In this document: piece by piece, positions 44,673 to 56,800 of the stretch | Layout of the letters: every line of letters begins with the position of its first letter | How positions within the stretch are numbered: the stretch's first letter is position 1 | Source of the DNA: TPA_inf: Saccharomyces | Taxonomy: Eukaryota | DNA: 64,000 nt | Assembly (NCBI GenBank): GCA_000146045.2 | Contig: BK006945.2 | Span: 256,001-320,000 of the forward strand | Direction: 5' to 3' | Notes under the pieces: model-generated | Seen by the model: the letters and a program-made list of their open reading frames with translations, nothing else | Database searches by the model: none | Told to the model about the DNA's origin: nothing | Position numbers and translations under genes: made by a program

Positions 44673-45989
44673 TTATATCCAATTCTGGTAACCAAACCTG
44701 TGCTTCGTACACCAATCGGGACCATGCTCATAGTATTCTTCTCTTGTGACCCTCGCTTTTCGGTAGGAATCTGTCTTTGCAAACTGTGACATCACTTCCC
44801 ACCCAAACAGAGCACAGTCACCTTCGGGCACCGAAACATGACAAGTCCAATCTGTGGGTAATTGCCTTTGTAGTTCTGCCGCAAGCCGTTGGGCGAAATT
44901 GGGCAGATTAAAGTTTCCTCCTGTACATACAATGTTTCCTACCATAAGAGGTCGCACTATTTCGGGCAACATGGAAAGGCTCTCTAGGATGGCCTCCACA
45001 ATGCCTGGTTTAGTAATTTGCGAAATTTCTGGATGGAAAAAAGTTTCTGGTATTGTGAAAAGCTCATCTGTCAGTGTTATGATCTGCGCATCTTCAGGTA
45101 ACGGTACATTTTCTTTTCTGGGGTTTCTTACGTAACCAAGAAAGCTTGTTTGGAAGTCAGGAAGTACATATTCTAGTGCATGCTTATCCTTCGTTTTGAA
45201 ACTATCAAAATAAGACACCGGGCTAACGAACAAGCATTGTTCCTTGATATTGTTAACAAGTATGGTTTCATCCATCATATTGTAGTGTCTGAATGATAGA
45301 GTTTCCTTTAGTAGCCCAGTTAGGAAACGGCCTCCAATGTCCAATTTTTTTACCGCTTTATAGTACGGTATTCCCTTCAGGACAGGAATTATCCAAGTAC
45401 AATTAAACCCGGAATCAATAACTAATTGGAAATCATGATAATCGCTACCTGAATCCTGCGCATTCTTGGACTCGCTTGATGTGGAATTTGTACTGTCTGA
45501 GTTGCCACGGACAATATCGATATCTTCGTCCTTACCTGAAATTGTTCTCATTTCACCCTTATATGACTTGGTAAATGGTACAAAGACTGCTACAGGAGAC
45601 TTGAAAAGACTGTCGAATTCATATTCTTCAAATATCACCTGGTCGGCATGCTTACTTAATTCTGGTAAAGTCATACAGCTCTCGCTAGCAACCAAATGAT
45701 GACCCTTTCCCTCTTTCAGATCAAACCCATCAAACTCTGAAGGATTGAAAAGGCAATAATCCCATATACAACTCTCTAATTCCCATAATGTGAGCTGTCC
45801 TAGTTCATGTGGCCTCCTGAAGGTGATAGATGAAATATCTTTGATGTTTTTGATATGATTTGATAAATACGATGTCCCAAATTTATCTTTGGCCAATGCA
45901 TTTAAAGCTCGGAACGGTTTCTTATTCGTGGAAGGACCAAACTTGATTTCGTATGAGCCATTATCAATCACAATGGGTGGTGTTTCCAT
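44673..45989 (-). CDS. ARP6: Actin-related protein 6 (SWR1 complex)
   Basis: 438 aa, actin fold. Matches YLR085C. Confidence 0.9.
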   Translation of the reverse strand: METPPIVIDNGSYEIKFGPSTNKKPFRALNALAKDKFGTSYLSNHIKNIKDISSITFRRPHELGQLTLWELESCIWDYCLFNPSEFDGFDLKEGKGHHLVASESCMTLPELSKHADQVIFEEYEFDSLFKSPVAVFVPFTKSYKGEMRTISGKDEDIDIVRGNSDSTNSTSSESKNAQDSGSDYHDFQLVIDSGFNCTWIIPVLKGIPYYKAVKKLDIGGRFLTGLLKETLSFRHYNMMDETILVNNIKEQCLFVSPVSYFDSFKTKDKHALEYVLPDFQTSFLGYVRNPRKENVPLPEDAQIITLTDELFTIPETFFHPEISQITKPGIVEAILESLSMLPEIVRPLMVGNIVCTGGNFNLPNFAQRLAAELQRQLPTDWTCHVSVPEGDCALFGWEVMSQFAKTDSYRKARVTREEYYEHGPDWCTKHRFGYQNWI

Positions 45990-46242
45990 AGTTTAAATTA
46001 TCTTGTCCACGATTCTGCGCTTCTTCTCCTTTGGTCTTGCATTAATTCTCTTGTTCTTCTTGGCCCATTTTGAAATGCATTTGTAATTATGGACGGAAAG
46101 TAAACTGTTTACAATAATCACGAAAATACATATAGGTTTACATTATCTACACACTGGAATCGATTTCATACCATAAAAGAGGCCCTATAAGAAGCCGCAT
46201 CACCTTAAACACTAACCACGTGCAACCAACAGAATATATTTG

Positions 46243-49200
46243 ATGTCTGATAGTCCATTGAGCAAAAGACAAAAGCGGAAGTCCGCCCAAGAACCAGAAT
46301 TATCTCTTGATCAAGGTGATGCCGAAGAAGATTCGCAGGTAGAAAACCGAGTTAACCTAAGCGAGAATACACCAGAGCCGGATCTTCCTGCGTTGGAAGC
46401 ATCTTATTCCAAATCTTATACTCCCAGAAAGCTTGTTTTAAGTTCTGGGGAAAATCGGTATGCCTTTTCTCAACCTACAAACTCAACAACCACGTCATTA
46501 CATGTACCGAACTTGCAACCACCAAAAACCTCTTCTAGGGGTCGCGACCATAAGTCCTACTCTCAATCACCACCAAGGTCTCCAGGAAGATCGCCAACTA
46601 GAAGATTAGAATTGCTCCAGCTTTCGCCAGTGAAAAATAGCAGGGTTGAACTACAAAAAATTTATGATAGGCACCAGTCGTCGAGCAAGCAACAGAGCAG
46701 ACTATTTATTAACGAACTAGTCTTAGAGAACTTCAAGTCCTACGCTGGTAAACAAGTAGTAGGACCCTTTCATACTAGCTTCTCGGCCGTGGTAGGCCCC
46801 AATGGTTCAGGTAAATCAAATGTCATCGATTCCATGTTATTTGTATTTGGATTTAGAGCGAACAAGATGAGACAGGACAGATTGTCGGATTTAATTCATA
46901 AATCAGAAGCTTTCCCAAGTTTGCAATCATGTTCCGTAGCTGTACATTTTCAGTACGTTATTGATGAATCTTCGGGTACTTCCCGAATCGATGAAGAAAA
47001 ACCTGGATTGATCATTACAAGGAAAGCCTTTAAAAACAACTCATCGAAATATTACATAAACGAAAAAGAAAGTAGCTACACAGAGGTGACAAAGCTTTTA
47101 AAGAATGAGGGTATTGATTTAGACCATAAACGATTTTTAATTCTACAAGGTGAAGTAGAGAATATTGCTCAAATGAAGCCTAAAGCAGAAAAAGAGAGTG
47201 ACGACGGACTACTGGAATATCTGGAGGACATAATTGGAACTGCAAACTATAAGCCGTTAATTGAAGAGCGAATGGGACAGATTGAGAATCTAAATGAAGT
47301 TTGCCTGGAAAAGGAAAATAGATTTGAAATTGTTGATAGAGAAAAAAACTCTTTAGAGTCAGGGAAAGAAACGGCGTTAGAGTTTTTAGAGAAGGAAAAG
47401 CAGCTGACGCTTTTAAGATCAAAATTATTTCAATTTAAATTGTTGCAAAGCAACTCTAAACTTGCCAGCACCTTGGAAAAGATCTCCTCTTCGAATAAAG
47501 ACCTCGAAGATGAGAAGATGAAATTTCAAGAATCTTTGAAAAAAGTGGATGAGATTAAAGCACAACGTAAGGAAATAAAAGATCGAATATCATCTTGTAG
47601 CTCGAAAGAAAAGACCCTGGTTTTAGAAAGAAGAGAATTAGAAGGCACCAGGGTGTCTCTAGAAGAGAGAACAAAAAATTTGGTAAGTAAAATGGAAAAA
47701 GCAGAAAAGACTTTGAAATCCACCAAACATTCAATATCGGAGGCCGAGAATATGCTTGAAGAGCTTCGTGGACAACAAACCGAACACGAGACGGAGATCA
47801 AAGACTTGACTCAATTGCTGGAAAAGGAACGAAGTATACTTGATGATATTAAACTATCTTTGAAAGATAAAACGAAGAATATATCTGCAGAGATTATTCG
47901 GCATGAAAAGGAACTGGAGCCTTGGGACCTCCAACTTCAGGAAAAAGAATCACAGATACAATTGGCTGAATCCGAACTATCTTTGTTGGAGGAAACTCAA
48001 GCTAAACTGAAAAAAAACGTTGAAACTTTAGAAGAAAAAATTCTTGCCAAGAAAACACACAAGCAGGAGCTACAAGATCTTATCCTCGATCTGAAAAAGA
48101 AGCTGAACTCACTTAAAGATGAAAGGTCGCAAGGTGAAAAGAATTTTACTTCTGCTCATCTAAAGTTAAAAGAAATGCAAAAGGTTTTGAACGCGCATCG
48201 CCAGCGTGCAATGGAAGCTAGATCCTCTTTATCAAAAGCTCAGAATAAAAGTAAGGTTTTAACAGCTTTATCGAGACTGCAAAAGTCAGGACGTATAAAT
48301 GGTTTCCATGGACGTTTGGGCGATTTGGGCGTTATCGACGATAGTTTTGACGTTGCTATTTCTACTGCTTGTCCGAGACTAGATGATGTCGTGGTTGATA
48401 CTGTAGAATGTGCGCAACACTGCATCGACTACTTAAGAAAAAACAAACTTGGTTATGCAAGGTTTATTCTCTTGGATAGGTTACGCCAATTCAATTTACA
48501 ACCTATCAGTACACCAGAAAATGTACCGAGACTATTTGATTTAGTTAAACCTAAAAACCCAAAATTCTCAAATGCATTTTACAGTGTTCTTAGAGACACT
48601 TTGGTTGCTCAGAATTTAAAACAAGCCAATAATGTAGCATATGGGAAGAAAAGATTTAGAGTTGTCACTGTGGATGGGAAATTAATTGATATTTCTGGTA
48701 CAATGAGTGGTGGTGGCAACCATGTAGCAAAAGGTCTAATGAAATTAGGTACGAATCAGTCAGACAAGGTTGATGATTACACCCCCGAGGAAGTAGATAA
48801 AATTGAGCGTGAGCTATCTGAAAGAGAAAATAACTTCCGCGTGGCAAGCGATACGGTCCACGAGATGGAGGAAGAACTGAAAAAATTGAGGGACCACGAA
48901 CCAGACTTGGAATCACAAATATCAAAGGCAGAAATGGAAGCTGATTCCTTGGCGAGTGAATTGACACTGGCAGAACAACAAGTGAAAGAGGCAGAAATGG
49001 CGTACGTCAAGGCAGTTAGTGACAAAGCGCAACTAAACGTGGTGATGAAGAATTTGGAACGCTTGAGAGGCGAATACAATGATTTGCAATCCGAAACAAA
49101 AACTAAAAAGGAAAAGATCAAAGGCTTGCAAGACGAAATCATGAAAATTGGTGGTATCAAATTGCAAATGCAAAATTCAAAAGTTGAATCAGTTTGTCAG

Positions 49201-50499
49201 AAATTGGATATTCTAGTGGCCAAACTTAAAAAAGTCAAATCTGCCTCAAAGAAGTCAGGAGGAGATGTCGTAAAGTTTCAAAAACTGCTCCAAAACTCTG
49301 AAAGAGACGTAGAACTATCATCAGATGAGTTAAAAGTCATCGAAGAACAACTAAAACATACAAAACTGGCTTTGGCAGAAAATGACACAAATATGAATGA
49401 GACGCTCAACTTGAAAGTTGAATTAAAAGAACAGAGCGAACAACTGAAGGAACAAATGGAGGACATGGAGGAAAGCATCAATGAATTTAAATCTATAGAA
49501 ATCGAAATGAAGAACAAGCTGGAAAAATTGAACTCACTGTTGACGTACATCAAAAGTGAGATAACGCAGCAAGAAAAAGGATTAAACGAACTATCAATTA
49601 GGGATGTAACCCACACCCTGGGAATGTTAGACGATAATAAAATGGACTCAGTGAAAGAGGATGTTAAAAACAATCAAGAACTTGATCAGGAATACCGGTC
49701 CTGTGAAACTCAAGATGAGAGTGAAATAAAAGACGCTGAGACTTCTTGTGACAATTATCATCCTATGAACATTGATGAGACTTCAGATGAGGTATCCAGA
49801 GGGATACCAAGACTTTCTGAGGACGAATTAAGGGAGTTGGACGTAGAACTGATTGAAAGTAAAATAAATGAATTGTCATATTATGTCGAAGAGACTAACG
49901 TGGATATTGGAGTTTTGGAAGAGTACGCTAGGCGCTTAGCAGAGTTCAAAAGAAGGAAGCTGGATTTAAATAATGCTGTTCAAAAAAGAGATGAAGTTAA
50001 GGAACAATTAGGAATACTTAAAAAGAAAAGATTTGATGAATTTATGGCTGGCTTTAATATCATATCAATGACCCTAAAAGAAATGTACCAAATGATTACT
50101 ATGGGTGGAAATGCTGAATTAGAACTTGTGGATAGTCTAGATCCTTTTTCTGAAGGAGTTACGTTTAGTGTTATGCCTCCTAAAAAGAGTTGGAGAAATA
50201 TAACAAACCTTTCAGGTGGTGAGAAAACACTAAGCTCCTTGGCTTTGGTTTTTGCTTTACATAAGTATAAACCAACCCCCCTTTATGTCATGGATGAAAT
50301 AGATGCCGCTCTGGATTTCAGAAATGTCTCAATCGTAGCTAACTATATCAAAGAAAGAACCAAGAATGCACAGTTTATTGTTATTTCGCTGAGAAATAAC
50401 ATGTTCGAATTAGCACAACAGTTAGTTGGTGTTTATAAAAGAGATAATAGAACCAAAAGTACCACGATTAAAAACATAGATATCTTAAACAGAACTTAG
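46243..50499 (+). CDS. SMC4: Condensin SMC subunit Smc4
   Basis: 1418 aa from ATG at 46243. Walker A GPNGSGKSN, hinge, long coiled coils, signature LSGGEKT, Walker B LYVMDEIDAALD. Confidence 0.96.
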   Translation: MSDSPLSKRQKRKSAQEPELSLDQGDAEEDSQVENRVNLSENTPEPDLPALEASYSKSYTPRKLVLSSGENRYAFSQPTNSTTTSLHVPNLQPPKTSSRGRDHKSYSQSPPRSPGRSPTRRLELLQLSPVKNSRVELQKIYDRHQSSSKQQSRLFINELVLENFKSYAGKQVVGPFHTSFSAVVGPNGSGKSNVIDSMLFVFGFRANKMRQDRLSDLIHKSEAFPSLQSCSVAVHFQYVIDESSGTSRIDEEKPGLIITRKAFKNNSSKYYINEKESSYTEVTKLLKNEGIDLDHKRFLILQGEVENIAQMKPKAEKESDDGLLEYLEDIIGTANYKPLIEERMGQIENLNEVCLEKENRFEIVDREKNSLESGKETALEFLEKEKQLTLLRSKLFQFKLLQSNSKLASTLEKISSSNKDLEDEKMKFQESLKKVDEIKAQRKEIKDRISSCSSKEKTLVLERRELEGTRVSLEERTKNLVSKMEKAEKTLKSTKHSISEAENMLEELRGQQTEHETEIKDLTQLLEKERSILDDIKLSLKDKTKNISAEIIRHEKELEPWDLQLQEKESQIQLAESELSLLEETQAKLKKNVETLEEKILAKKTHKQELQDLILDLKKKLNSLKDERSQGEKNFTSAHLKLKEMQKVLNAHRQRAMEARSSLSKAQNKSKVLTALSRLQKSGRINGFHGRLGDLGVIDDSFDVAISTACPRLDDVVVDTVECAQHCIDYLRKNKLGYARFILLDRLRQFNLQPISTPENVPRLFDLVKPKNPKFSNAFYSVLRDTLVAQNLKQANNVAYGKKRFRVVTVDGKLIDISGTMSGGGNHVAKGLMKLGTNQSDKVDDYTPEEVDKIERELSERENNFRVASDTVHEMEEELKKLRDHEPDLESQISKAEMEADSLASELTLAEQQVKEAEMAYVKAVSDKAQLNVVMKNLERLRGEYNDLQSETKTKKEKIKGLQDEIMKIGGIKLQMQNSKVESVCQKLDILVAKLKKVKSASKKSGGDVVKFQKLLQNSERDVELSSDELKVIEEQLKHTKLALAENDTNMNETLNLKVELKEQSEQLKEQMEDMEESINEFKSIEIEMKNKLEKLNSLLTYIKSEITQQEKGLNELSIRDVTHTLGMLDDNKMDSVKEDVKNNQELDQEYRSCETQDESEIKDAETSCDNYHPMNIDETSDEVSRGIPRLSEDELRELDVELIESKINELSYYVEETNVDIGVLEEYARRLAEFKRRKLDLNNAVQKRDEVKEQLGILKKKRFDEFMAGFNIISMTLKEMYQMITMGGNAELELVDSLDPFSEGVTFSVMPPKKSWRNITNLSGGEKTLSSLALVFALHKYKPTPLYVMDEIDAALDFRNVSIVANYIKERTKNAQFIVISLRNNMFELAQQLVGVYKRDNRTKSTTIKNIDILNRT

Positions 50500-50854
50500 C
50501 TAGTACAATAATCAATTCAAGAGCACTTGCTGATTGTAATATCATGCTATCAAAGAAGTTTAAAGATACTACCCAAATTCCCGCCTGTTTATTTCTTCTT
50601 TTGGGCAGCAGTTAGGAAATAAAAAAAAAAAAGGTCAATGATAATGCACCAAAAACAGAAAGTACATGTATATCTTAACAAACTCTCAAAATACAATTTA
50701 AACAAAGTTTTTTGAAGCAAAATTCGAATGCAAGATTCATAAATATGGGGCGTAGGAAATCTATACTATATGCAAATATCACGTAGTTAAAAAACTATAA
50801 AACATAAACCAGAAATATGGTATCAAGGACTTTTGAATATAATTAGGAACGAGA

Positions 50855-53800
50855 TTAATGCGTATCATCTAGTATCTTGACATACTGCTTTTCTGCAAGA
50901 TAAACAAGCTTTTGGACGGGGATAACTGCGGTTTGGTGAGTGAATTTCGGAAATTTTTTTCTATTGACACCAAACCATTCCATAGGTGGAGTGGCGTCTC
51001 CCAGATCTCTTATCTGAGGCACTTCGATCTGCGGTTCTTCTAGTGCAATATAATTAAACTTTGAAGCGGCTTCTTCCTTTTTAATTGATTCTTCAAGTTC
51101 TTCCTCAGTTTGTCCAAAGGAAATATTTGCTACCTGGGATCGACGAACTGCCAGTGCTTTGACATGTGTAGTCCACATTTCCTTTATGAAGTCTACAGGC
51201 CCTAGATTCCACCTTACAGATATTTTGTCTGAAAAAGAGCAAGCAAATAGATATTCTAAATTATTTGTCTTTTCTTCTTGTAAAGTTGTCATATGAACAG
51301 CAAGTTTTGGAATATCAATGATAGTACCACCGACAATCTTGGAAGCATAATGCATGTAATCATCAATAGCAATGGAAGCTCCAACTTCCTCATCTAATTC
51401 TTCTTTGGAAGTAGAAAGCGCTGCAGAAACATCTAAAACTTGTAGTTGCAAATCTGTCTTTAATTTTTTCCCCGAATGTGTTTCGGAACGTATAGAGACT
51501 TTGTCAATTCTTATTACTAACACTTCCACATCGAATAAAGATATTGGCGAAATCTGGACCTTTGAAGAGGAGATATTCACCGAGAGATCAGTTCTGAGTA
51601 ATTTCAGCGATCTTAAAATGTCTTTGTATAATATTGGTTGCCTAGATTCACCAGGATTGGAATCTCTCAACGTCTCCATATACGATATTTTATTATCCTG
51701 CCTCATACGTACAATGGTGTTGTAGATATCCAGTATATTTGCTACAACTAATGCAGTAGAGCTGAGGATAATTTCATCTGATGAAAAAGAGACCTGCAGC
51801 AAATCAGGTAGAACCCCCTTGGCATCCTTTTCATTATGAAGATGGAAGTGTATGTTACTTATAGTGCCGATTAAGAACATATGATAATCAAAAGCAGCCT
51901 TTACCGCTATATCATCAATATTCAGGGAGGTGGAAACTAATGGATGAGTATTTTTGCTTTTTTCAGGTGGCCATTTTACTTCTGATAACCAACTTGCATT
52001 CGCAACTTCAAATAAACCACTCAGTCTACCTTCTGATGTCAAGCTAATACCGTCAGTGAAAGCATGCAGTAACTGCCGCTTCTCGTTATAATGATCTGTG
52101 GCCAGCCATGTTCTTTGTGTCCTTAATGAAATCATACCGAGAGAAGGACCCAAATCAACGTCTCCGCTAACATTTGTAAAAATTAATGTAAAGCACCAGG
52201 GTATTTCCGTACCTGCATCGGCATAGTTGGTTGATGTTAATGAACTCATTTCAATTTCCTTATTAACAGTTCTTTGCACTGGCCGTGTGTGTAAAATGCT
52301 ACTGAACCTCCATATGTCCAAGAATAAATACAGGTTCTGGAGCTGCTTTACATTGAAGAAGACGCTTAGATCAGAAACCAACCCCGTTCCATACATACTG
52401 ATTACATCAGGATGTGTAAATAAAAGCGTCAAGTCCATGAAACCAACTTCAAAGGACGTACTTACTTCTCTTGAAAATATGTGCTTAATGGACGCTTTTG
52501 TGTGTTCTAGAGTTAAAGAAAACTCCAAAGGCTGTTCAGAGTCGAACTCATTGGTAGCCATACTGAACAAAAACGATTCAAATCCAACATCTGCCTGAAC
52601 CTTAGCTTTTGGTTCACAGCTCAAACTTAGCTGTTGCTTGGCTGATGTTAGTTTTACAGCCACATCAAATTGATCCAAAAGTCGCTTATAATCAACATTC
52701 TGTGAAGAAGGTTTTGTAAAGTTTGGTTTTTCGTCGGTGCTATGTTTCTTTATCATCTTTTGCAGACTTTCAGAAAATTCCATTAATAAAGGAGCACATC
52801 CCGCATACAAAGTATTATGCGTTGGGTCGACAGTGATTAATGTTCTGAATTTATGTGGCTTAACTTTATCTTCATCATGTTTATATGTACAGTTTATAGT
52901 GACTACTGGACTTTTTATTTCAAAAGATGGCTCACTCTTGGTTTCAATATCTTCGTACGTGTAAACCCTAAATACACCACCGTCATACTTGAAATTTGAG
53001 TTAACAGATCTAATGTTATCGAGAAAGGGAGCCAAACTACTCGAAGCACTTTCGACACTGGTACTAGCATAAGAATTATCATTTTCCGCACGCAAACTCT
53101 CGGACACATCCAGAATGTTCTTTTTCAGCTCTTGAAATGCTCGCATGGATTGTAAAGTAGACTCAATGACATCCATGAATGACGGGACAAAGTTTACATC
53201 CAGTGCTTCACCATGAAATCTAAAAAACCAATCTTTCAACTCACCACATCTTTTGAACCAGTAGGATATTTGCATGTTTGGCAAGAAACTTCTATTATAT
53301 TTGTCTTTCTCGTTTCCTTCAGAGAAAAAAGTGCTTGAGGTATTACCATTCGCAACAGAGAAAAAAGCGTCCACAACTGTGAATTTCCCAAAATCCTTTT
53401 CATATGCTGAAAACAATCTGTTATAACCTAACATTAACCCAGGATTGGAGCCTGCTCCATACTGGAATATCCACCCAATACAAAATTTATAGGACAGGAT
53501 GTGTATTGAACGGAAATTTATGGGCATTTCTTTTGACTTATCACTTTTACCGGTGAACATCTTAGTGTTCCAAATATTAGGGGCATGGCGTCTTGAATAG
53601 TAATGGCTCAAGTCTAGCAATTTATGCGCGCCCCACATTAATCTTAATAGAGAATCAGGAGATAAGCAGACCCTGAAATGAGAACTTTCCACTTGGAATG
53701 ACTGCTCCGTATCAACCGTTCTTTGTAGGGTTGATACTTTTATGGAAAAGTCGAGTAATTTGGAAAGACCAATGGGTAGTGACCGCTCCTTTATTAGAAA

Positions 53801-56800
53801 TAGGATGTTTTCGATGGAAAACTGTCCCGTCACCTTGGTTTCTTCTGGTAACATACCGTTATTCGTATTGGTCAGAGAAAGTAGCAGCATATGTAATTCA
53901 AACACGAAATACGTGGAAGCCACTGGCACAAGAACACCAAAATAAGTAATGCTAGTATCTAATGTCCAATTTATCATTATCGAGGGTGCCTGCTTCTCTT
54001 TTTTTGGTAGATTTGAACTAAAGAATAAAGGCTTCAGGGAATATAACAGATTGATACCCTGAGAAGCAAGCTTTTCATCTTGTAAAAAACTGTTTACAAT
54101 ACGGCGCGGCTCCGAAAAGGTTAACTTAATCATAGATATTGAGATGTCAACGTTTATCAACGAATAGCCTTCTCTAGAAATTCCTCCTTTAATTTCAATA
54201 TCGCCAAATGAAAACCTTAGGTATTGCTCCTTTGTCTGGTGCGATGTCATGAAAAAATCAGTATCCCATATGCTTAACAAAATCTCATTTGAACCGAATT
54301 TGTTAAAATATATATCAAGCTGCTTGGCTTCGTGACGAATATAAAATGGCGAGAGCGGCATAACTTCAGAACTAACGTTTGAAAAATAACATGACAAGAC
54401 TGTATTAATTTTCTGGTCGACAAATTGGGACTTTTTCTTTGATTTAGGTTTAAACTTTATGCGCTCTTTAATCATCATCAGACTTTCCCTAATTTCAGTA
54501 ATAGCGGTTACTAATTGCTCAGTTGAACTCATTGCTCTAAAATGAAGATCTGCGCACTGGTTGTTTATCAGAATCGTAGGCTTGTGTGACCATGCCTCAG
54601 TAGTCGCTAAAACTGAAAAGTCGCGCAGTTGAGCTTCTCCCAAAATGACAGATGTGTGTTTTAACCACACTTCCGATTTCTGGGAAAATATAACCAATGA
54701 ACCCGCTTGACTAGTTGAATCTTTTAGATTTTCCCATAGTAAACTAACTCTACCCCCAACTGTTCTACTCATCAGCTTCGTTTGGTCCATGACCAGTTGC
54801 AGTTCACTTTTATCCACTAATAAAACGGTGTTCATTTTGAATTGCTTTGATAACTCCTTTTTTGGATCACTTTTGTCATCTTCGCCCACTGCTGCAATGA
54901 GTGGAATAAGATCTTGCAATTTAAGTAACCTATCACTGAATTTTCCTTTTACTGAGCCTACTCTTCCCGTAATTTCAATAGTTTCTTCTCGATTTGAAGG
55001 TAAGCTTGTCACCGGAGGCGTCAAATCCACTACCAGATTGGCATCCGCAACAACAAAATTATGCTCAACCTCATATCCCTCACCATAAACAGTAAGGTAA
55101 AATGATCCCATGGTACACTTCAACAATTTTTTAATCAAATTTTGTTTATGTTTCTCATTTTCTGCCGTGAATAATTTGCCGTATATATACGACCTTGCAA
55201 CATCTGAGAACTCCCAATTTCTCCAAGTCGAAAACACAGACATGAAGATATTTTTTGCATCTTTAGCAGAGGTATATTTCTTTTCTTTTAGCACTTCGTC
55301 GATGTTGCTTTGCCAATCATCAGGAAGGTACGTTAAAATGTGTCTCAGACGCGTAATAATTTTCCAACTACGATTCTCACGCACATGCCCTTTGGAAAGT
55401 CTCATAATAAAAGCAGGTTTTGTTATGACGTAAGGATCATGACTAATTTGATAATATTCGCTTGCGGCTGTGAGCTTTGAAATGAGTTCTGTCTTTGAAT
55501 TACTTCTGGTGTTCTGAATAGAATTAAAAGAAGTGCAAACCTCTTGAATAAGATTTCCCTGGTCACTACAGTACTCAAACAGCCATTCCATTTGAGATTC
55601 GTCTATGGTAATATCTGATGACGTTAAGTTTAATGAGTTAACTTGTCTATCTTCTGTAGAAGACCATACTTCGAAACCCTCAATCCCTAGCGACAGTGCA
55701 GGGGGACGATCTTCAGACAAGTCTGGATTTTTCTTCTGGTTAACAGTCACTCTGACAGTTTTTACCTTTGCTAAAGCTGCTACTTCTAATAATTTATTTG
55801 TTCGGTTCTTCTCTAGAGACTTTTCACTCATTTGATAATCAATACGATCTAAATAGAGCTCAAAACCTTCCTCACCTGTCTCTTGCCAGATTAAATTTAG
55901 ATAAGCAATATGGATATCAATGTTTGAAATAGAAGTGATCCCTTCTTGAAGGTTGCTTAATCGTTTCACAATCCCAATTTCAATATCGTCTAAGACTTGT
56001 ACCATGTTTTCAGAGTAAAGCTGTTCTAATAAACTCTTAGCGAAAATAAAAAGCAACGGGTCGACATCCAACAGAATATATGAAACATCAACAACATAGT
56101 TATCCCTTTCGTGGTTTCTGTCTTCTGTAAAAGCGACAGGTTTGAAGCTTGAAGGGTCCGCTTCTTCGTCATTATCATCTTCACTGAAGCTGGCTCTTGA
56201 AGGCTCCATAGTTGATGGAGTTTCTGCGAATATGTTCTTGAATGGATTTGTGGTCTCCAGAAGGGTAGCATACTCGCCCACAATATCTTCAATGATATAA
56301 TCTATAGTATCAGGCAAAGTGGGAAGAGGTAAAGTTGGGATAGACGAAGATGGTGCTATAGCCCCGTACAGGTTTTGGTATGTATCCGAATCCTGATAGA
56401 ACAGCGGAAGAAGAAAAGGACACCTATGATAGGGTGAATCGTGTATTGTTATATATCTGCGTTGTTCTGATCTTTTTTTATCGATATCCTTGTATTGCTC
56501 AAAGTTTGTAAATCTTAATTTTGTTTCGAATTTGAGAAATGATGTGTCTACGCCATCGCCCATCACGCAATTTAACGAAATTGTCAATTTTGGAATTTTC
56601 ACGTCTATTCTTTGTGAATATTTTTCGTTTTCAAAGTCGATCAAAGTAAACAATATCGATTCAGCACTAATAACTGATTGAGATTTCATCACCGGATCTT
56701 TAAGGCCTATTCTTATTTTTTCAACGTGCACGGTTAGCGAGGTCATATCATTAATGGTCTCAGTGTCATATAATAATATATTTTCCAAGTCATTGTAGCC